This document shows, piece after piece, positions 10,688 to 21,441 of a DNA stretch of 37,236 nt. Position numbers and translations under genes: made by a program. The notes beneath the pieces are model-generated. The model was given only the letters and a program-made list of their open reading frames with translations. It did not search any database and had not been told where the DNA came from. The stretch is from contig OY740792.1 of assembly GCA_963514005.1 (NCBI GenBank), forward strand, positions 27,430,765-27,468,000, written 5' to 3'. The first letter of the stretch is position 1; each line of letters opens with the position of its first letter. The stretch comes from Raja brachyura (lineage: Eukaryota).

Positions 10688-11832
10688 GGAATATTTTTTA
10701 TTTGTAACAACTCGGGAAAATTGAAATATTTTTTAAAATACTAGAAAATATTTAAAATCCATTCAATGCACTTTAAATTAACAGAAGGAGAAAAGTATAA
10801 ATTACTTGAAACTTACCATTCTCCCTTCCAACTATTCATCTCCATTGAAATGAACGAAGTCACTGAACCTGCGCATGGTTTAAGTGAACACTGGTCAGGT
10901 AGCAGATTCCCTAATGCAGATGCTCAGAAACTGAGAAGCTAAAGCTGCACCACTAGACTCCAGTGTTGAAGTGCAGTAGAGGTGGTGCTGGTCAGCCATT
11001 GATGTTAAGAACTATTGCACTTCGACACATTCACATGAAAGCCTTTGACATCTCCCACCATCATCCCCCCCACCCCCACCTCTTGCCATGTTTATAGACT
11101 TACATAGAATAGTACAACAAAGTAACAGGCCCTTTGGCTCACCATGTGTGTACTAACCATAAGACCATGATGTCAATTTAACTAATTCCACCTGCCTACA
11201 CGTAGTCCACATCCCTCTATTTCGTCCATATTTGTGTGTCTGTCAAATGTCCCTTAAACATTCCTTTCTTACCTGCTTGCACCATCTCCCCAGGCAGCTC
11301 GTTGCAGACATCTTCCAATTCTAGGGGGAAAAAAACCTGCCTTACTGTCTCTTTTCAACTTTTTCTTTCCAGTCTTAAACAAATGTCCTCTAACATTTGA
11401 CATTTTCCACCATAGTCTGACTATGTGGAGTTGCACCACAAAATCCCTCTGTACATCAATGATCCCAAGGGTCCTGTCATTTACTGTGCACTTTCCTCTT
11501 GCATTTAATCCAGCAAAATTCATCAACTTCTCTTGTCCAGAATTAAAGGCAGAGATAGATAGATTCTTGATTAGTGCGGGTGTCAGGGGTTATGGAGAGA
11601 AGGCAGGAGAATGGGGTTGGGAGGGAGAGCTAGATCAGCCATGATTGAATGGCGGAGTAGACTTGGTAAGTTTCAAGTAATTTCCAATTTTCTCCTTTGG
11701 TTAATTTAAATGCATTGAATGGATTTTAAATGTTTACTGATATTTTAAAAAATATTTCCATTTTCCCCGAATTGTTAACAAATAAAAATATTTCTGAGCA
11801 TGACGAAGGGTCTCAACCCGATTTGTCGTCTA
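10650..11832. repeat. Inverted repeat pair of about 170 bp: 10650-10818 and 11664-11832
   Basis: AATTACTTGAAACTTACCA (10800-10818) pairs with TGGTAAGTTTCAAGTAATT (11664-11682); TTTAAAATCCATTCAATGCA pairs with TGCATTGAATGGATTTTAAA; TCGGGTTGAGACCC pairs with GGGTCTCAACCCGA. Confidence 0.92.
11095..11535 (-). mobile_element. Degraded, internally deleted CR1 3' fragment
   Basis: ORF 11269..11526 has TVNDRTLG..DVQRD and RGHLFK remnants; CR1-type tail near 11100-11150. Confidence 0.65.
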
Positions 11833-11870
11833 ATGGCCTAATTTTGCTCCTGTCACTTATGACCTTATGA
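11545..11870 (+). mobile_element. Short CR1 3' end whose tail is interrupted by the inverted insert
   Basis: KAEIDRFLISAGVRGYGEKAGEWG, then GATCAGCCATGATTGAATGGCGGAGTAGACTTG [insert] AATGGCCTAATTTTGCTCCTGTCACTTATGACCTTATGA. The uninterrupted tail is seen at 29880-29945. Confidence 0.85.
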
Positions 11871-12369
11871 GATCTGACACTGGATTATAAGCTATGGAGA
11901 AAGACTGAGACTCTGAGATTATGTGGCTTTAGAAGAAGGTGTCTGATTGGTGTTTATTGCAGTATTTGTTCAGGAAAAATTCATCTGAAATATAATTATT
12001 TTTGTAAAACTACGCAGTATCTCAGATTCATTGTAGTTTGTTTGTTATACTTGAAGACTCTGTGGTAATAGTTGCAATATTACTTTCCAATTATAACAGT
12101 CAATATATGATCTCTCTCCATAATGTGCATGTTATGAAGCAAAGTGGAGAAGTATACATCCCTCTGAAATATTATCATTTGCACTCATATAACACAATCT
12201 CACAGTAGCTATTAGGCCCATTGTTAGCTCAATTTCTATTTTTCTGATCTTCCCTTAAAGCCATATCATTTACTTACAATGGAGGTAAGAACTTTTTATT
12301 GTATCTGTGTGCTATTCAGAACTTTAAACATGGCACGATTTCTGTCAGATAGGCAAATAGACATATGAG

Positions 12370-14043
12370 TGAAATGGACCGGAGGTCAAATAAGATGGCG
12401 GAACTGAGTGAAATCCAGGTTAGCTGGGAAGTGGTGTTGGGTAAATTAAACGGATTAACGGCCGATAAATCCCCAGGGCCAGATGGTCTGCATCCCAGAG
12501 TGCTCAAGGACGTAGCCATGGAAATAGTGGATGCATTAGTGATAATTTTTCAAAATTCCTTAGATTCTGGAGTAGTTCCTGAGGATTGGAGGATAGCTAA
12601 AGTAACCCCACTTTTTAAAAAAGGAGGGAGTGAGAAAGCGGGGAATTACAGACCAGTTAGTCTAACATCGGTAGTGGGGAAACTGCTAGAGTTATTAAAG
12701 ATGGGATAGCAGTGCATTTGGAAAGTGGTGAAATCATTGGACAAAGTCAGCATGGATTTACAAAAGGTAAATCATGTCTGACGAATCTTATAGAATTTTT
12801 CGAGGATGTAACTAGTAGAGTGGATAAGGGAGAACCAGTGGATGTGTTATATCTGGACTTTCGGAAGGCTTTCGACGAGGTCCCACATAAGAGATTAGTA
12901 TATAAACTTAAAGCACACGGTATTGGAGGTTCAGTATTGATGTGGATAGAGAACTGGCTGGCAGACAGGAAGCAAAGGGTAGGAGTTAACGGGTCCTTTT
13001 CAAAATGGCAGGCAGTGAGTAGTGGGGTACCGCAAGGCTCAGTGCTGGGACCCCAGCTATTTACAATATACATTAATGATTTGAACGAGGGAATTGAATG
13101 CAACATCTCCAAATTTTCAGATGACACCAAGCTGTGGGGTATAGTTAGGTGTGAGGAGGATGCTAGGAGACTGCAGGGTGATTTGGATAGGCTGAGTGAA
13201 TGGGCAGATGCATGGCAGATGCAGTATAATGTGGATAAATGTGAGGTTATCCACTTTGGTGGCAAAAACATGAGGGTAGACTATTATCTGAATGGTGGCA
13301 GATTAGGAAAAGGGGTGATGCAACAAGACCTGGGTGTCATGGTACAACAGTCATTGAAAGTAGGCATGCAGGTGCAGCAGGCTGTGAAGAAAGCAAATGG
13401 TATGTTAGCATTCATAGCGAAAGGATTTGAGTATAGGAGCAGGGAGGTTCTACTGCAGTTGTACAGGGTTTTGGTGAGACCACACCTGGAGTATTGCGTA
13501 CAGTTTTGGTCTCCAAATCTGAGGAAAGACATTCTTGCTATAGAGGGGGTTCAGAGAAGGTTCACCAGACTGATTCCTGGGATGTCGGGACTTTCATATG
13601 AAGAAAGACTGGATAGACTCGGCTTGTACTCACTGGAATTTAGAAGATTGAGGGGCGATCTTATAGAAACTTACAAAATTCTTAAGGTGTTGGACAAGCT
13701 AGATGCAGTAAGATTGTTCCCGATGTTGGGGGAGTCCAGAACAAGGGGTCACAGTCTAAGGATAAGGGGGAATTCCTTCAGGACCGAGTTGAGGAAAACA
13801 TTCTTTACACAGAGAGTGGTGAGTCTCTGGAATTCTCTGCCACAGAAGGTCATTGAGGCCAGTTCATTGGCTATATTCAAGAGAATTTTGATGTGGCTCT
13901 TGGGGCTAAAGGGATCAGGGGGTATGGAGAGAAGGCAGGTATGGGATACTGAGTTGGATGATCAGCCATGATCATATTGAATGGCGGCGCAGGCTCGAAG
14001 GGCTGAATGGCCTACTCCTGCACCTATTTTTCTATGTTTCTAT
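12370..14043 (+). mobile_element. 5'-truncated CR1 LINE with near-complete reverse transcriptase domain, disrupted
   Basis: ORFs 12365..12709 and 12712..13971: KSPGPDG, NYRPVSLTS, QHGF, LDFRKAFD, GVPQGSVLGP, FSDD (family motif FADD). Frameshifts near 12690 and 13885, no endonuclease, tail CCTACTCCTGCACCTATTTTTCTATGTTTCTAT. Confidence 0.95.
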
Positions 14044-14921
14044 TGGAATATTTGATATTCATTTCCACACCCAGATATTCCGACTTCTGGGAGGAGGTAT
14101 ATACTTGGATATAATTGTTTACAATTGCTCCGCAGTGTCTGCCAGCAGATATCCCCTTAATGACAGGGAACATATTAAATTAATGAAGAACAACTTCACT
14201 TGTAAGAACAGTTCAGGCTGTTCTTTGCCAGTGATTATGGAGGCCTATAACACCCAAAACAGAAGGAGGGAAGGCAGTAGGGGACAATTAAGAAACCGCA
14301 AAACCCTTTAGATTACAATAGGGATTGTAGTGCTGAACAAATGTGCAAAAAGGGAAGGTAACTTAAATTATTTTTCTTTATTTTAATATTTTTTTAATTA
14401 TTTGTATTAAGTATTTTAGTGAACTTTAATATTATTTATAATTTTGTTTATTCCTTTTAAATGTCAACAATTTTAAATATTTTTAAATATCAGAAATGTT
14501 CAACACAATTTTTCAAATCAGTTACAGCTTTTATGGTGAATGATCTACAATGTTGGCTGCCCAAGTTTTCAAAGCATTTTTGTATCTCTGCTTCATGGCT
14601 GGCACTCCAGCCACAACTGCAGCTGGAGTCCTGGAGGTGTCAGGCCAGTGAGTTTGGCTAAGCCCAACCAGCCAGGTAGGCACAGACACTGGGAGCTTGG
14701 AGGCCGGGGGGTCAATGGTTCCAGGAGGAGGAAGTGGGCTGGCAAGAAGCGTCCCAGCGGTTCTGTGAGTGTACAGCTTTGTATGCAGCGGTGCTACATT
14801 TCTCACAGAAACAACATTGCAAGCAGAATTGCCCAGGAACCTTAAACCCTTAGGAGGAAATCTTGCAGTGTAGTGTAGCACCCACTACCATAAAAGCCAT
14901 CCAAATGCCACAAAACTGTGT

Positions 14922-15005
14922 GCAGGTCCTCCCCGGATTACGACGTAGTTCCGTTCCCGAGAACTGATTGTAACCCGAATAGTTCACGACGGAAATGCGG
15001 TCATT
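14922..15005 (+). mobile_element. Possible Tc1/mariner-pogo (Tigger-like) DNA transposon end
   Basis: CAGGTCCTCCCCGGATTACGAC resembles Tigger-type TIRs; partner end not found. Confidence 0.3.
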
Positions 15006-16484
15006 GTGGAAATAGCTTTATGGCAAACATAGGCAAACCAAGGACAGAATGCCACAAACCGAGTTCCTACACAGCAGAAGATGTCTGCAGTCCCACAGCA
15101 GCTGGGAAATCCTTCCCTCCGGCCTTCCAAACGCTTAATCATATGTGTGGGTTGTACATAAATGGGGTGTTCATAATCTGGGGAAGCTCTTTAAAGCAGT
15201 GTTGAGCCTCCACTGGGAGGTGATCTATGGTCAGGGTCAGCACCTGCAACCTAACGCATTACCAAGGAGAACTCAAATTTGGATAGCAGGCTTAGCAGAA
15301 ATGAAAAAGACTCAATTCATACCCCCATCACAACGTTCCCCCCATTTCCCAATAATTCTGCCTCATCTAGTTTAGAGTTGGGGGTGCAAATGAAAGACTA
15401 CCTTTGAAAATTATGGAGAAGAGGATTACTATGGCAGTGATTTGCTGCATCCATCTTTCACTCCCTTTTCCCCACTGTGACCAAACATCCCTGTATCCGC
15501 CTCCCTACTCTGTCAGAATTCTGTGACCTTAGTTTACCTTTGCAATTGTACATCAGTAGATCTTTATTTTTATATGTAAGCAAATCCAGTTATTCAATAA
15601 CCATGGGTCTGAGGAATCGTATCCAGGCTGTAGGACTTAAGCTGTGTACTTTGACAGTAACTTGGATGTGTGCCAACACACATTTGTACTCATGAGCCTT
15701 ACAGACCCATAAATTGCTCTCAGTGGGAAATCAGATTGCAAAATACTCCAGGTGTCATTAATTATTCACCAATTGTAATAAGCACTATAAATTCTAGTCT
15801 ATAAATCACACTCCCCATTTAATGGTTCTAATTTTTTTTAAGCTTTAGGTAAATATATACATTATTTAATGTCTGGTGAAATATATTCAAAATATAAATT
15901 TACTTGTTACATTTGTAAAATACACTATTAGACATCAGTGTGGAACAGTTTCATGCAATGTAGTAGAACATTTACTTGTACGTATCTTGAATTTGAATTG
16001 CTTAATTCAAATCACAAGGTAGAAGGAAGGCAATTTTTGACCTTTTTGACTCCCAAGGAATGAGGACGATGTGGGGACAAAACGTAGAGCCGGTTTCATC
16101 CGCTCCACATTTCTGGAAATTGAATTCCATTAAAAAGCTGAAGATCAACTTGTGTTGAGACAAAGTTTCTTCATGAAATTTGAATACGAGAGAAGCAATG
16201 AGAACAGTATTTCTTTAACTTGGTGTCAGATTTCAATGGTTTCTTGACCTTGCCAATTTGAATTATAGAGTCAAAAGTTACTAGATTGTGTCTTTCAATG
16301 CAAACCTAGTTAAAGGGATTAGCAACTTCTGTCAGATATATTTTTTACCTACATTTGCTGGTCCTTTTGTTATGGATATTGGGTATCAGAAACTTCAAGG
16401 ACATCCAGTTCAGATGCACACTATCCCTTTACATGATTGGCGACCATTACAGAAGCACACTTTACTACTAGGCTAAGAAAAAGG

Positions 16485-16833
16485 CAAGAAGGCAAATTGA
16501 GTTTAATCCAGGTATGTGGGAGATGTTGCACTTTGGGAGGTTGAATGTAAGGGGAAGACAAGACCCTTCAGAGCATTGGTGACAATAGGAATCTTGGGTT
16601 CCAAGTCAATAGCTCCCAGTAGGTGGCCACACACTGGAGAGCAACAAAGAAGGTGCGTGCTATACTTGCCTTCATTGGTCTAGGCATTGAGTATGAGTCA
16701 GGAAGTCATGCTGTAGCTTTATAAAACCTTGGTTAGGCTACATGTGGAGTATTGTGTGCAGTTCTGATCCACCCATTGCAGGAAGCATATGGAAGCGTTG
16801 GAGAGGATGAAAATTATGTTTACCAGAATGATG
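16485..16833 (+). mobile_element. CR1 ORF2 fragment; resumes at 17669-17745 after the Penelope insertion
   Basis: LYKTLVRLHVEYCVQF*SPHCRK-like sequence; continues CCAGAATGATGCCTGGATT at 17669. Confidence 0.8.
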
Positions 16834-16934
16834 TGTGTAAGCAGGAATTGCAGATGCTGGTTTAAACCGAAGATAGGCACGAAAAGCTGGAGTAACTCAA
16901 CAGGACAGGCAGCATCTCTGGAGAGAAGGAAAGG

Positions 16935-16968
16935 GTGATGTTTCGGGTCGAGACCCTTCTTCAGACTG
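16935..16968 (-). ncRNA. Minimal type-I hammerhead ribozyme-like motif in Penelope pLTR
   Basis: RNA CAGU-CUGAAGA-A-GGGUC-UC-GACCC-GAAAC-AUC-AC: CUGANGA core, stem II, GAAA, NUC site. Penelope pLTRs are known to carry minimal hammerheads. Confidence 0.65.
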
Positions 16969-17291
16969 GTTAGGGATAAGGGAAACAAGAGATATAGACG
17001 ATGATGCGGAGAGATAAAGAACAATGAATAAAAAATATGCAAAAAAGTAACGATGATAAAGCAGACAGGCCATTGTAAGCTGTTTGTAGGGTGAAAGTGT
17101 GAAGCTAGTGCGACTTGGGTGGGGGAGGGATAGAGAGAGAGGGAATGCCGGGGCTACCTGGTGAGAGAAATCAATATTCATACTACTTGGCTGTAAGCTA
17201 CCTAAGCAAAATATGAGATGCTGTTCCCACAATATGTGTTTAGCCTCACTCTGACAATGGAGGAGACCTAGGACAGAAAGGTCTTTGTAGG

Positions 17292-17418
17292 TGTTAAAGA
17301 AGGAACTGCAGGTGCTGGAGAATCGAGGGTAGACAAAAGGCTGGAGAAACTCAACGGGTGCAGCAGCATCTAAGGAGATAGGCGATGTTTCGGGTCGAGA
17401 CCCTTCTTCAGACTGGTT
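17292..17418 (-). mobile_element. Solo pLTR nested in the Penelope element, with 14-bp target site duplication
   Basis: AAGGTCTTTGTAGG (17278-17291) and AAGGTCTGTGTAGG (17419-17432); carries CTGAAGAAGGGTCTCGACCCGAAACATC on the minus strand. Confidence 0.8.
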
Positions 17419-18341
17419 AAGGTCTGTGTAGGAATGGGAAGGAGAATTAAAGTGTCCAGCAATCGGGAGATCAGGTAGATTCAGGCGGGCTGAGCGAAGG
17501 TGTTCCGCGGAATGATCACCCAGTCTGCGTTTGGTCTCGCCGATGTATAAGAGTCCACATCTTGAACAATGGACACAGTAAATAAGGTTGGAGGAGATGC
17601 AAGTGACCCTCTCCCTAACCTGAAAGGACTGCCGAGGTCCCTGGACAGAGTCGAGGGAGGAGGCAGAGCCAGAATGATGCCTGGATTATAGAGTATTAGC
17701 TATAACTTGGATTGTTTTCCACGGAGCATTAAAGATTGAAGGCTTAGATATTGCACCCTTTGCTTGATACTTAGCAAGGGTGCCATGTTACTTGAGAAAC
17801 TGCATTGTTTGTATAGCAGACCTCCTAAAGTTCCTCACATAAGAGTAGCAGCAACGTTCAAATGACAGAGCATGTTAAATTATTCCCTTCATCATGATGA
17901 GTGGACTGATAATTTACATCATTCTCTGAATGATGATACTACAGACTGTCCTCAATCTTTGAAGACTGAGAACCTCTACTTTGCTGATGAGATAAAATGG
18001 GAAGCATTGGCCGAGAGAGAAATATTGACCAAAACAATGGGGAGAACTAATCAATTCCTTGGATTGCAATTGTGGATGAGAGACTCATTGGCTAATAGTG
18101 CTTGAGAAAGTGATGGTGAGATGCCTTCTCTAATCATAGAGGGGATTCTGCAGGGGATGGTGTTCCTTCGCGCCTGCTGCCCTTCCACTCGGAGAAAAGG
18201 ATCACAGCTTTACAAGATGCTGGCACCTAATTGTGGTTAACTCAGTGAACTATTATAAAGTGGTGAGGACTATTAAGTGATGTTCTATCAAATCCTGCAC
18301 AGCAGCTGTGGAGTGTTAATTGGAGTAATTATATGTATCTA

Positions 18342-19423
18342 TCTATATATTACTAAAACTCTCATCTTGTTTGTTTCTGTGTGTGCGTGTATCTGGCTGT
18401 AATTATTATCATGGAGCTACGCCAAAATGGTACACGATAGCGCTAAAACCACCTTACTCACAGTTGTCCTGTGGTGGTTTGTGTCAAGTTTCGTTCAGAT
18501 TTATGTTATATTTCACAAGTTATTGACATTTACAAAAACTTTACAAAATCCCACTTTGAGAACAATATGCTGTGGCAGTTGCTGGCAGATTCTGTCAGTT
18601 TGCAGCTATGACATCACAATGGGATCTCATTTACATAAGCTGCCATGAACAGTGCTCCACCCGACAATTACATCACAATGGGATCTCATTTACATAAGCT
18701 GTCAATCAACGCTGTTCCACCCAGTCCATGAGAGATTTGTTACATTGTTGTAAGGAGAGGGAGGGGGTGAGGAAGAAATGTTATTTAAACATTGTGATTA
18801 GTGGGGGGGAGTGCAATTGGGGAGAGGTGAGGGAGGGAGGGAGTGACTGAGGGTAGGGAAAATCTGAGGGAGGGTGATGTGAGGGAGTGAGTGGAAGAGG
18901 AGAGGAGAGAGAAGAGGAGGAGGGAGTGTATGAGCCGTTCCTGCACAGTTGGGGGCCATGGGTGAGTGGTGTAATATTGCCTTGGGGGAACGGGTTGTGT
19001 AGGGGGAACGGGTGAGTGGTGGAAACGGGTTGTGTTGGGTAAATGGGTGAGTGGTGGAATATTGAGTCGGCACGGGGCCCAACGGGTTAGGGGGATAGGG
19101 AGGAGAGAGGCGTTATGGAGGGAGTAACTGAGGGTAGTGAGTGACTGAGGGTAGGGGAAAGGAGAGGGAGGGAGAGATGATGGAGGGAGTGGAGAAGGGG
19201 AGGATGATATGGGAGAGAAGAGGGAGGGTGTTGGGAGATGAGGGGAAATGAGCCACGCCTGTGCAGTTGGGGGCTATGGGTGAGCGGTGGTATATTGCAT
19301 TGGGGGGGATGGGTTATGTTGGGGGAACAGGTGAGTGGTGGAAACGGGTTGCATTGGGGGAACAGGTGAGTGGTGGAATATTGCGTTGGGGGTACGGGGC
19401 CCAATGGGTCCCACTTGGTCTCG
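18342..19423 (+). mobile_element. Non-autonomous Helitron-like element C
   Basis: A|TCTATATATTACTAAAA start; end GGGGCCCAATGGGTCCC hairpin followed by ACTTGGTCTCG|T (CTAG mutated to CTCG). No TSD. Confidence 0.8.
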
Positions 19424-19441
19424 TGAGCAATAAAAACCTAC

Positions 19442-19722
19442 TTTAGAGATACAGCATGGAAACAGGCCCTTCAGCCCACCGGGACTGCATCGACTGAGGA
19501 GCCCTCAGTTCTATCCCACACACTTGGGGGACAATTTACAGAAGCCAATTAACCTAAAAACCTGCACATCTTTAGAATGTAGGAGAGAACGGAGTGCCTG
19601 GAGAAAACCCATTCGGTCACAGGGTGAATGTACAAACTGCGTACAGACGGCACCCATAGTCAAGATCGATCCCAGGCCTCGGGTGCTGTAAGGCAGCAAC
19701 TCTATCGCTGTGCTACCGTGGT
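19442..19722 (-). mobile_element. Near-full-length tRNA-derived HE1/V-SINE-like SINE
   Basis: Minus strand head CACGGTAGCACAGCGATAGAG (A-box-like), GGGATCGATC (B-box-like), tail GAAGGGCCTGTTTCCATGCTGTATCTCTAAA. Confidence 0.8.
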
Positions 19723-20564
19723 GTCTATGAAACTACTGGATAGTTTTAAAAACCCATCTGCTTTATGAATGTTCTTTGGGATTGAAATCTGACACCCCTA
19801 CTCTGTCCAGCAGATATTAAATTCCAACCTACAGCAACGCTGTTGGCTTTCAATGGCTCAGCAAGCTGCTTAGTTCAGAGGAAATTGAGGATAGATTAAA
19901 AAATGGGACAGCAGAAGGTAAAATCTTGAGGAAAAAAAATACAAATTCTGGGGGAACTCTTTCTGATGGAGCAGGAAATGGCTGCTAGAAACTGGTGAGG
20001 GAAAGAGGTGCGAAATGAACTGGTGAGTGATAGGTGATTGAAGATGAGGAGGGATTGACTGATAGGTGAGACAGGTGGGAGAGTGGAGGGTGGAGATAAT
20101 AATGAAGGCTGAAGAACAAAGGGTGAAGATCATTGAAGCTAATAAGAAAGGAGGATGCATAGTGAAATGTAAAACCGGAGGGGGAAATTGTGACTAGAAA
20201 GGAATGGGAGGTTGAGAAGAAAAATACAGAACACGGAGCAGGGAGATGAGTGGAAGGAAGAGGTAGAGGAAAGGAAACTAACTGTGTGATGGGAGTGGGA
20301 GAACTAGAAAGAAAGATGTTCACAGGCAGGGGGAGGAAGATAAAGTTATACTAAGGAAACGATGATGTCAGTACGCCTAGTCTGTCAAAGCCTCTGTACA
20401 GCAGTGAGACAACAGTGCAGTACAATCTCACAGAGGCATCTGTCTAGATTTACTACTGACATTAGGGTTAGAATTTTGTCTTCCATCACATCTGCTAAAC
20501 ATGCACAAATCTTTGCAGGGTAAATCTGAACTCAAGTGTTTCCACAAAGGGAAGCTGCCTCCTG

Positions 20565-20920
20565 TGAGTGGGCGATATCACTCGTGCCTCTGAACCAGTA
20601 GGTGTTATTCAATCACATCTTAAAGGACCTAGTTACACAACCCAAGCTGATACTCCAGTGCAGGGTTCAGGGTACAATGCGTAGATAGAGGTGCCATTGT
20701 CGGCATGGCACATCAATCTGGAGCCCTGTTTCACAATAGCAAATAACACATCCCCTGCATGTATTCTTCAACCTCTGAAACAGGCGATCTTATGTTGTAT
20801 TTGGAGCTAGCTCTGTGACAAATTAGCCACCGTGTATCATGCTGTCAATGGTGACTACTCTTCACAAGTGCTTCATTGGTTGCAAAGTCCTGAGGGAAAC
20901 CCCGAGGCTGTGACAGGGGG
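20565..20920 (+). mobile_element. Deu-SINE-like (SacSINE1-like) element
   Basis: GCCTCTGAACCAG head, GCTGATACTCCAGTGCAG...GAGGTGCC, tail GTGACTACTCTTCACAAGTGCTTCATTGGTTGCAAAG. Confidence 0.6.
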
Positions 20921-21441
20921 AGTACCATTCTTTCTTATATTCCTGACATACTGTTTGCAGGCATTAAAGTATCACGAGACAACTGTGCATGATTTTCCAC
21001 ATACAGATTTCCAAGGAAAGGATACCTAATTTTCCAAATTTACAAAGTACCTTTCTACATACAAGAACTTGGCTAATGCACCCTTACATAGTACATTGAA
21101 ATGATACATTCTGTCAAAAATAGTGTGGGATTGTTCATTTCAAAGTAAAAATTGAACTGACAAAAATAAAGCAGGCTTAACCCATTCACGGGTGATAGGA
21201 AAGTATCTGCTTAGAGTGAAGAGAATGCAAGGGTTGAATTGTCTCTGGTTATCTTTGACATTGGAGTTATTAATTTTTGAATTTCTCAAACAATGAAAGA
21301 AGTAATTTCTGTTTGATGGAAGAAAATCTTCATGATAGGAATGATTTGGCTCGATAATACTGTATATTTGGGTCATAAATATGACATAGTCAAATTGTTA
21401 TTTTTGTATTTTATTATGATGCAATTTTATTTTGAATTATG

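Larger units (their letters stand above)
16834..17668 (-). mobile_element. 5'-truncated Penelope-like element (GIY-YIG C-terminus and pLTR) with 11-bp target site duplication
   Basis: EQHLIFCLGSLQPSSMNIDFS and CGLLYIGETKRRLGD in minus frames; CCAGAATGATG at 16823-16833 and 17669-17679. Confidence 0.88.

Noticed and set aside
12712-13971. 419-aa reverse transcriptase ORF as an active or domesticated gene, or a retron-like system
   Set aside because: Ordinary 5'-truncated CR1 ORF2 with two frameshifts, FSDD in place of FADD and no endonuclease.
18950-19400. Repeated GGGTGAGTGGTGGAA / GGGGGAAC units as a CRISPR-like array
   Set aside because: Degenerate minisatellite inside a Helitron-like element; no unique spacers, no cas genes, eukaryotic context.
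19660-19722. tRNA gene
   Set aside because: A/B-box-like head continues into a SINE body and tail; no complete cloverleaf.
19985-20345. Hydrophobic minus-strand ORFs (19870..20160, 19985..20323)
   Set aside because: Purine-rich low-complexity tract; no recognisable domain.
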